Below are positions 57,685-64,000 of a DNA stretch of 64,000 nt, in pieces. A program made the translations under genes and the position numbers. How positions within the stretch are numbered: position 1 is the stretch's first letter; the number at the start of each line of letters is the position of its first letter. The DNA is from an uncultured Prevotella sp. GTDB lineage: Bacteria > Bacteroidota > Bacteroidia > Bacteroidales > Bacteroidaceae. The stretch lies in the NCBI GenBank assembly GCA_946188165.1, contig CAMHTW010000012.1, positions 1,595 through 65,594 on the forward strand. The letters run 5' to 3'. The notes beneath the pieces are model-generated. The model saw nothing but the letters and a program-made list of their open reading frames with translations. It searched no databases and was not told the DNA's origin.

Positions 57685-58312
57685 TCTCTATCGGTTGTTC
57701 CTCAAACATGCCATCTTTGCTAATGGTGTAACGACGGGCTTCCTCCAATTGCGGCTTAACATCCTCATGTCCCTTGAAATATCGCATGACGGTGATTTCA
57801 TAATGACTTGTGATGTAATACTCATTATAGGTCATACCTTGGTCATTCTTGCGATTAATGGTTTCCTGATGATAGATGTTGAGCATATCGACAGGGTGAT
57901 GCTTCTTGTCCATCGTGTAAAGATAGAGGGCAGGCGTAATGGAATCCTGCATTTCACAAAGCAGTATAACCTGTCGACGATGCATCGAAGGTAAAGCCAT
58001 CGCTTTGAGATGAGCGTCGGCAGGATAGCCGAAATATTCATTGGCAGAGACTGGAACAACAGCAAAATCGCCTATACGCTCTATATCTGCACCTGCTGTC
58101 TGAATAGGTAATGTATGCAGTCGCAACGTATCAAACCATGCTTCAATGGGGTTTTCATAAATGCCTGTCTGCTTCTGGATTTCTTTTAATTGTTCGGCAC
58201 GCCGTATGCTGTCTATCATTTGTTCATAGTAGGCAGCATCATGCTTCTTGTTGCCGCATGACAACGTCAGAAACGCCAATAATAGCAGTGTTAATCCAGT
58301 TGCTTTCTTCAT
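57680..58312 (-). CDS. Hypothetical lipoprotein
   Basis: MKKATGLTLLLLAFLTLSC lipobox; start placed at ATG 58312 because the -7 box overlaps the longer start. Confidence 0.7.
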   Translation of the reverse strand: MKKATGLTLLLLAFLTLSCGNKKHDAAYYEQMIDSIRRAEQLKEIQKQTGIYENPIEAWFDTLRLHTLPIQTAGADIERIGDFAVVPVSANEYFGYPADAHLKAMALPSMHRRQVILLCEMQDSITPALYLYTMDKKHHPVDMLNIYHQETINRKNDQGMTYNEYYITSHYEITVMRYFKGHEDVKPQLEEARRYTISKDGMFEEQPIEM

Positions 58313-58321
58313 ATTTCGTTG

Positions 58322-58413
58322 CAAAGGTAGTTATTTTTATGAAGATATTCATAAATTTTACAAGTTTTTTTGTACATGATACTTGTTCATTTGATAAAAA
58401 AGTATTATTTTTG
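58322..58413. promoter_or_regulatory. Divergent promoter pair
   Basis: Minus-strand TACCTTTG at 58322-58329 and plus-strand TATTTTTG at 58406-58413. Confidence 0.6.
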
Positions 58414-58421
58414 CAAGCGAT

Positions 58422-59726
58422 ATGCAAATGAATGGTCTTGTAAAATGGCTGGCAGTTTATGTCCTGTTTTTGTTAACAGGCACTGTTAGTGCGCAACATC
58501 CAAAGGACGATATCAAGCAGAATATACGACGTTCTGCTAATAGTCTTATGGCCTATCCTGGACCACAACAGCGGAAACTTACCCCAGCACCACAAGGTAA
58601 GCAACCTTTCTATATCTCACATTACGGACGATACGGTTCGCATCATCTATTACAGAAAGAGGTTTTCGATGCGCCCTATCAGGTATTGGATGTGGCTGAC
58701 AAGGCTGGCAAACTGACAGCCAAGGGGCAAGATGTCAAACGACGCCTTTATAAGATTCGCGACGATGCCTACGAAGAGTTGGGAGAGTTGACGCTTACAG
58801 GTGTCCGCCAACAGCAGATGATAGCGCAACGCATGGTAGAACGCTTCCCTGAGGTGTTTGAGGACGGTACGAATGTCGATGCACGTAGCACGACGGTCAC
58901 GCGTAGCATCCTTTCGATGGAACAGTTCTTGTTACAGCTGACACGTATGAAGCCTCATCTTAACGTTTACCACAACGCAAGCCATCGCGACATGGTTTTC
59001 CTGAACCAACAGGACCGACAGCTTATGAAGATCAGGATGGACAGCATGACGCAAAAGCGATACAACGAGTTTACCAAGCGTTATGACAAATTCAATCATT
59101 TGATGCGTACCCTCTTCAACGATATGTCGTATGTGAAACAGCATGTTGATGCCAAGAGGTTGAATGATGACCTGTTTATGTTGGCCAGTAACATGCAAAA
59201 CACGGAATTGCGCAATAATATAACACTCTACGACATCTTCACCGACCAAGATTTATATTACAACTGGATAAAACAGAATGCCTGGTGGTACATCAACTAT
59301 GGAAGCTGTTCACTCAATGGTGGTACACAACCCTATTCCCAGCGTAACCTGCTCCGAAAAATCATCAATGATGCAGACAGTTGTCTGAAACTGAAGAAAC
59401 CCGGTGTTCAACTTCGCTTCGGTCATGATGTCGTTATACTACCATTAGCTTGTCTGATGGATATCAATCATTGGGGCTTAGCGACTCATCGATTAGGGGC
59501 GTTGGGCGAGAATGGGTGGAACTGTTACCGTATTGTACCCATGGCTGCCAATATTCAGTTGGTATTCTACCGCAGTAACCCTGATGACCAGGATGTCTGG
59601 GTAAAAGTTCTCTTCAATGAGGATGAGGCCACTTTACCCCTTCCAGATAACGACGGACCCTACTATCGCTGGGCTGATTTCCGTTCCTATTATCTCAAGA
59701 AACTGGATGACTATGAGAAGCAGTAG
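58422..59726 (+). CDS. Histidine acid phosphatase family (MINPP/phytase-like) protein with a degenerate active site
   Basis: PFYISHYGRYGSHHL in place of RHGxR; GELTLTG, RSTTVTRS, LRFGHD, PMAANIQLVFY. Confidence 0.8.
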   Translation: MQMNGLVKWLAVYVLFLLTGTVSAQHPKDDIKQNIRRSANSLMAYPGPQQRKLTPAPQGKQPFYISHYGRYGSHHLLQKEVFDAPYQVLDVADKAGKLTAKGQDVKRRLYKIRDDAYEELGELTLTGVRQQQMIAQRMVERFPEVFEDGTNVDARSTTVTRSILSMEQFLLQLTRMKPHLNVYHNASHRDMVFLNQQDRQLMKIRMDSMTQKRYNEFTKRYDKFNHLMRTLFNDMSYVKQHVDAKRLNDDLFMLASNMQNTELRNNITLYDIFTDQDLYYNWIKQNAWWYINYGSCSLNGGTQPYSQRNLLRKIINDADSCLKLKKPGVQLRFGHDVVILPLACLMDINHWGLATHRLGALGENGWNCYRIVPMAANIQLVFYRSNPDDQDVWVKVLFNEDEATLPLPDNDGPYYRWADFRSYYLKKLDDYEKQ

Positions 59727-61020
59727 GGTACAGATGACGGTGATGCTACTCCTGTTAGCGGCCATGTCGTGGGCACAGTCAGCCTATGAGCATATTGCCC
59801 GTGACCATATCTTCTCTGCCAGTAACTACTGTGTCTATCCGGACAGCACAGTATACCGACAGACGCTACCTCCGGCAAACAAACATCCTTTCTATTTGTC
59901 GCACTACGGCCGACATGGCTCTCGCTATCTGAACAAACGCTCTGCCTATGATATGCCTTATGAAATGTTGTGCAAGGCTGATTCCATGGGACAACTTACA
60001 GCATTAGGCAAGCAAGTCAAACAGCAGTTGCAGGAAATCATCAATGACTCAGAAGGACGATGGGGTGACTTGTCGGATATCGGCAAGCAGCAGCTGAGAA
60101 ATATTGCAAGTCGGATGATGAAGAATTATCCGGAAATCTTTGAGGGACAAGCAAACGTACAGGCACGCAGCACCACTGTAAACCGCTGTGTGATGTCAAT
60201 GGGAACGACCGTTCAACAACTGGCAGCCCTGAATCCCAAGTTGAACATCGACATGAATGCCTCGAAACGTGACTCCTGGTATCTGAATCATCAAGACCTT
60301 CAGCTTCGCGATAGTATGAAGTCGAAACATGCAACGCGCGTCTATGATGCCTACTCAAAGCCACGAGAGGAGAATCCACGTCTGATGAAATTGCTGTTTA
60401 CACATCCTGAGTCGCTGGACAAGAGCATCAGCAGCAAGTGGCTTAACTATTATCTGTTGAAGACGGCACTCATACAGCCGAATACCCATACGGAATACAA
60501 CACGCTGCTGATGGACCTCTTTACTACTGAGGACTTTTATCAGCTCTGGCAGGTAGAGAATGCCTGGTGGTACATTCAGCATGGAGGCTCGTTGCTGAAT
60601 GGAGGTTGCCAACCTTATAGCCAACGCTATCTGTTGCGTAAGATGATTACAGAGGCAGACAGTTGTATCCGTCTGAAAAAGCCCGGTGCTCAACTGCGTT
60701 TTGGCCATGAGACTGTGGTGTTGCCATTGGCTTGTCTGTTAGGCATCAATGGTTTCGACCTCCAGACGGCCAATCTGGACGAGTTGGAGTCGAGCGGCTG
60801 GTGGGCAGGTTTGGTGTTCCCTATGGCTTCTAACATTCAGTTTGTGTTTTATCGTCAGGACTCCTTCGATAACGATGTCGTCTTCAAGGTGTTGCTCAAC
60901 GAACAAGAGGCTACACTGCCTATTGAGACAGATATAGCCCCTTATTATCACTGGCGCGACTTCCGCAGGTATTATTTGAGGAAGCTTGCCGACTATGATA
61001 AGGTAAGAAATAGCCCGTAG
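59713..61020 (+). CDS. Histidine acid phosphatase (MINPP/phytase-like)
   Basis: Intact SHYGRHGSRYL, RSTTVNRC, LRFGHE; signal peptide from ATG 59713 (MRSSRVQM...), overlapping the upstream stop. Confidence 0.85.
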   Translation: MRSSRVQMTVMLLLLAAMSWAQSAYEHIARDHIFSASNYCVYPDSTVYRQTLPPANKHPFYLSHYGRHGSRYLNKRSAYDMPYEMLCKADSMGQLTALGKQVKQQLQEIINDSEGRWGDLSDIGKQQLRNIASRMMKNYPEIFEGQANVQARSTTVNRCVMSMGTTVQQLAALNPKLNIDMNASKRDSWYLNHQDLQLRDSMKSKHATRVYDAYSKPREENPRLMKLLFTHPESLDKSISSKWLNYYLLKTALIQPNTHTEYNTLLMDLFTTEDFYQLWQVENAWWYIQHGGSLLNGGCQPYSQRYLLRKMITEADSCIRLKKPGAQLRFGHETVVLPLACLLGINGFDLQTANLDELESSGWWAGLVFPMASNIQFVFYRQDSFDNDVVFKVLLNEQEATLPIETDIAPYYHWRDFRRYYLRKLADYDKVRNSP

Positions 61021-61485
61021 CTATTTCATAGCGAATGCCAACGCATACGAACGAATCTGCTTGATCATAGCCAGCAGCCCATTAGAACGCGTAGGCGACA
61101 GGTGTTCCTTCAACCCGATCTCGTCGATAAAGTAGAGGTCGGCATCCAGGATTTCTTTGGGTGTATGGTCACTCAGCACGCGAATCAGCAGCGACACGAT
61201 ACCTTTGACTATCAAGGCATCACTCTCTGCAGAGAAATGAATCACGCCGTTTTCATAGTCGGCTTGTAGCCATACGCGACTCTGGCAACCGTCAATCAGG
61301 TTGCTTTCCGTCTTATACTGTTCGTCAAGGGGAACTTGTTCGTTACCAAGGTCTATCAGCAACTGGTACTTGTCCATCCAGTCGTCTAACCCGGAAAACT
61401 CCTCAATAATCTCGTCTTGGATGGCATTTATCCCACCCCCATCCCCTCCCGAACGGGAGGGGTGATTAATTTGTTCTGATGTCAT
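61021..61485 (-). CDS. sufE: SufE family Fe-S assembly sulfur acceptor
   Basis: DWMDKYQLLIDLG, NLIDGCQSRVW, ESDALIVKG, HLSPTRSNGL. Confidence 0.92.
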   Translation of the reverse strand: MTSEQINHPSRSGGDGGGINAIQDEIIEEFSGLDDWMDKYQLLIDLGNEQVPLDEQYKTESNLIDGCQSRVWLQADYENGVIHFSAESDALIVKGIVSLLIRVLSDHTPKEILDADLYFIDEIGLKEHLSPTRSNGLLAMIKQIRSYALAFAMK

Positions 61486-61551
61486 ATTATTATTTGTTTT
61501 TTCTAATTCGAATTGGACACTTACCTCCCCTCACGTTCGGGAGGGGATGGG
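61438..61551. repeat. Inverted pair of 25-bp REP-like palindromes (REPIN-like doublet)
   Basis: cccatcccctcccgaacgggagggg (61438-61462) and the reverse complement of 61527-61551 differ at one base; 64-bp spacer. Confidence 0.8.
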
Positions 61552-62787
61552 TATTATCTTAAATAATTTATCGCTGGGTCTCACTTTTTCCGGCACCTTA
61601 ATGCTGACACGTGTGCCCTGTTGTGCTGTATGAATGCTGCTGGTGTCGTCATGAATCTCATCGACAGTGACGTAGAGTGCCCCAGTGGTCGGTCCTGTTA
61701 TCAACATCTTGTCGCCTACGCTGAAGGTGTCGGCCTCAACCGTAAACTCTGCTACGCCCAGTTTCGAGAAGTATTTGACGCCTTTGCCGATATACTGTTT
61801 GCGCTCCGTAGCATTCGAACCGTAGTTAGAGTTCCATTCGCCCAACAGCTGTCCCTGATAGTAGCCATCCCAGAAACCACGATTGAAGACGGTGGCCAGG
61901 CGTTCGTCCCAGGCATCCTTTTTTTCTTCCGTAAAGGTATTGTCAAGCACGCTTTGTATGGCTTCCTTATAGCATTGTACGACAGTCAGTACATATTCAG
62001 GTCCACGGGCTCTACCTTCTATTTTAAATACGCGTACGCCCGCGTTCATCATTTTATTAATAAAGCGAATGGTCTTCAGGTCCTTGGGCGACATAATGTA
62101 TTTATTGTCTATCTCCAATTCAGTACCTGTCTCGCGATCGGTTACGATATAGCCCCTGCGACAAATCTGCATGCAGGCACCACGATTGGCCGAGCGCCCT
62201 GTATTGTCAAGACTCATATAGCACTTGCCACTCACCGCCATACATAGAGCTCCGTGGCAGAACATCTCGATACGTACCAATTCGCCACTTGGGCCACAAA
62301 TATGCTGCTCATCAATCTGGCGATAGATGTCGGCTACCTGTTCCATCTTCAGTTCGCGGGCCAATACCACCACGTCGGCAAACTGTGCATAAAACTTTAG
62401 AGCTTCGACATTCGAAATGTTGAGTTGCGTGGAGAGATGTACCTCCATGCCCTTCTGGCGACAATAGGTCATCACGGCGATGTCGCAGGCAATCACTGCG
62501 GATATTCCTGCCTCGACAGCAGCATCTACGATTTGGTGCATGGTCTCGATGTCCTCACCATAGATGATGGTGTTGACAGTCAAATAACTTTTTACGTCTG
62601 CCTCATTGCACGTCGCAGCTATCTCGCGCAGGTCGTCGATGGTGAAATGGTTGGCAGAATGTGAACGCATATTTAACTGCTCCACACCGAAATAAACCGA
62701 GTCAGCTCCTGCCTTCAGTGCTGCAGCCAGCGCATCGCGACTGCCCACGGGCGCCATGATCTCAAAATCTTTTATCGTTTCTTTCAT
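61531..62787 (-). CDS. Peptidase U32 family protein (TrhP/RlhA-like RNA hydroxylation family)
   Basis: EIMAPVG, GADSVYFG, VHLSTQ, VVLAREL, HGALCMAVSGKC, NRGACMQICR, SPKDL, FKIEGR. Confidence 0.9.
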   Translation of the reverse strand: MKETIKDFEIMAPVGSRDALAAALKAGADSVYFGVEQLNMRSHSANHFTIDDLREIAATCNEADVKSYLTVNTIIYGEDIETMHQIVDAAVEAGISAVIACDIAVMTYCRQKGMEVHLSTQLNISNVEALKFYAQFADVVVLARELKMEQVADIYRQIDEQHICGPSGELVRIEMFCHGALCMAVSGKCYMSLDNTGRSANRGACMQICRRGYIVTDRETGTELEIDNKYIMSPKDLKTIRFINKMMNAGVRVFKIEGRARGPEYVLTVVQCYKEAIQSVLDNTFTEEKKDAWDERLATVFNRGFWDGYYQGQLLGEWNSNYGSNATERKQYIGKGVKYFSKLGVAEFTVEADTFSVGDKMLITGPTTGALYVTVDEIHDDTSSIHTAQQGTRVSIKVPEKVRPSDKLFKIIPIPSRT

Positions 62788-62794
62788 TGGGCTG

Positions 62795-62802
62795 CAAAGT
62801 TA
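62795..62802 (-). promoter_or_regulatory. -7 box (TAACTTTG) for U32/sufE, 7 bp from the ATG
   Basis: caaagtta on + strand. Confidence 0.55.
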
Positions 62803-62868
62803 CACATTTATTTTAATATGTGATGTTAAAAGACAATAAAAAATAAGTTTCCTGCGTTATTTAATACG

Positions 62869-63807
62869 ATGCAGAAGCGTAATTATGCGTTATTTTTGCT
62901 GTTGTGGCTCTTTCTGACAGTAGTCAGGGCACAGCAGGAACCATCGTTCAGTCACTACTGGGCGATGGAGCCTTCGTTTAATCCTGCTACTGCAGGCAAG
63001 GAGATGAAAATCAACGTTATAGGTGCTTATGCTATGACGCTGACAGGCTTTGAGCATAACCCTCGTACGATGTATATCTCGGGTGATATGCCTTTTGTAC
63101 TGTTTAATAAGGTGCATGGCGTGGGTCTGCAAATCATGAATGACCAGATAGGTCTGTTTCAGCATCAGCGACTGGTTGCACAGTATGCATACAGGCAGCC
63201 CCTGTTGGGTGGTACGCTGAGTGTTGGTGTGCAAGCGGGTTTGTTGAGCGAGAAGTTTAAGGGCTCGGAACTGGATTTGGAGGATTCTTCTGACCCTGCT
63301 TTCTCGAAGACAGACGATAATGGAACGGCTCTTGACCTGTCGGCAGGTGCTTATTATCAACATGGTCCGTGGTATGCTGGCTTGTCGATACTACATGCTA
63401 CTGCTCCCACTGTGGAATTGGGTGAAAAGTCCATTTATAACATCAGTAGTTCGTATTATTTGACTGGAGGATACAATATTAAGCTACATAATCCGTTATT
63501 AACAATACACCCCTCTATGTTGATTCGCTACGACGGAGTAGGCTATCGAGGCGATGTGACTTGTCGTTTGAAGTACACACATGACAACAGGGTGATGTAT
63601 GCTGGTGTGGGGTATAGTCCCACGAACTCAGTGACAGCTTTCATTGGTGGCTTGTTTCACGGTGTGATGCTGGGTTACAGCTACGAGGTCTATACCTCAG
63701 CCATCAGTTTCGGCAATGGCAGCCATGAACTGTTCGTGGGCTATCAGACGGAGATGAACCTTTCTAAAAAGGGGCGTAACAGACATCAAAGCGTGCGCTT
63801 CCTTTGA
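62869..63807 (+). CDS. porP: T9SS membrane protein, PorP/SprF family
   Basis: AQQEPSFSHYW..EPSFNPA.AG, P.T motif, ND.IG, YAY, GYSYE...GSHE; immediately upstream of a porK-like gene. Confidence 0.9.
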   Translation: MQKRNYALFLLLWLFLTVVRAQQEPSFSHYWAMEPSFNPATAGKEMKINVIGAYAMTLTGFEHNPRTMYISGDMPFVLFNKVHGVGLQIMNDQIGLFQHQRLVAQYAYRQPLLGGTLSVGVQAGLLSEKFKGSELDLEDSSDPAFSKTDDNGTALDLSAGAYYQHGPWYAGLSILHATAPTVELGEKSIYNISSSYYLTGGYNIKLHNPLLTIHPSMLIRYDGVGYRGDVTCRLKYTHDNRVMYAGVGYSPTNSVTAFIGGLFHGVMLGYSYEVYTSAISFGNGSHELFVGYQTEMNLSKKGRNRHQSVRFL

Positions 63808-63810
63808 GAT

Positions 63811-63842
63811 TGAGAAATTGAGATAATGAGAAATTAAGATAT
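63811..63842. repeat. Octamer tandem array (TGAGAWAW x4)
   Basis: tgagaaat tgagataa tgagaaat taagatat between porP and porK. Confidence 0.65.
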
Positions 63843-63843
63843 T

Positions 63844-64000
63844 ATGGATATGAATAAGAAAAGGACAAAAGAAGTGTTGGAAAAGAGAAAAACTGAAGTG
63901 TTGTATAAAACATTTCTCATTTTCTCGTTTTCTTCATTTCTCATTCTTTTTTCAAGTTGCTTTGGCGGCAAACTGGCATCATCGGCCGGTGGTGAGGTGA
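63844..64000 (+). CDS. porK: T9SS ring lipoprotein PorK/GldK, 5' fragment running off the window
   Basis: MDMNKKR...FLIFSFSSFLILFSSC-FGGKLASSAGGEV; lipobox plus GGEV, in the position expected in the porP-porKLMN operon. Confidence 0.7.
   Translation, partial: MDMNKKRTKEVLEKRKTEVLYKTFLIFSFSSFLILFSSCFGGKLASSAGGEV

Noticed and set aside
59617-59712. Longer start for the second phosphatase
   Set aside because: It lies inside the upstream gene; the signal peptide starts at ATG 59713.
136-63363. Numerous 60-255 aa antisense or alternate-frame ORFs
   Set aside because: All shadow well-supported genes, have no recognisable motifs and are expected from codon bias.
1-64000. CRISPR arrays, tRNA/rRNA, IS/transposase, integrase, reverse transcriptase or defence operons
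   Set aside because: No repeat-spacer array, structured RNA gene or matching protein motif was seen; the window is almost fully accounted for by CDSs.

Overview
Bacteroidota DNA, most likely a rumen/gut Prevotella (Xylanibacter/Segatella-like), judged from TAnnTTTG promoter boxes, SusC/SusD pairs, short Prevotella-type T9SS C-terminal domains (CTDs) and porP-porK. About 53 kb (1-52847) is a pectin rhamnogalacturonan-I-type locus. It encodes GH2, three PL11 lyases, GH106 and GH78 rhamnosidases, a CE4-GH27-CBM35 fusion, CE6-like and CE12-like esterases and GH115. It also has two tandem SusC/SusD pairs interleaved with three fasciclin-domain lipoproteins, a kinase-less HTCS-like AraC regulator, and two large T9SS-secreted proteins with no recognisable catalytic motif. 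The rest is housekeeping (ispG, purE, rpoN, two histidine acid phosphatases, sufE, U32 protein, porP, start of porK). Main observations: (i) eight T9SS cargo proteins share two uncharacterised modules between enzymes and non-catalytic proteins; (ii) two families of short repeats (7/8-mer tandem arrays and CCCCTCxC/GGAGGGG palindromes) sit at gene junctions and inside coding sequence, supplying stop codons, in-frame peptides and a signal-peptide core; (iii) one tandem phosphatase lacks its catalytic His; (iv) a membrane one-component AraC sensor has a candidate 21-bp-spaced operator. No CRISPR, tRNA/rRNA or transposase was seen. All family calls come from motif recognition by eye, not database searches.
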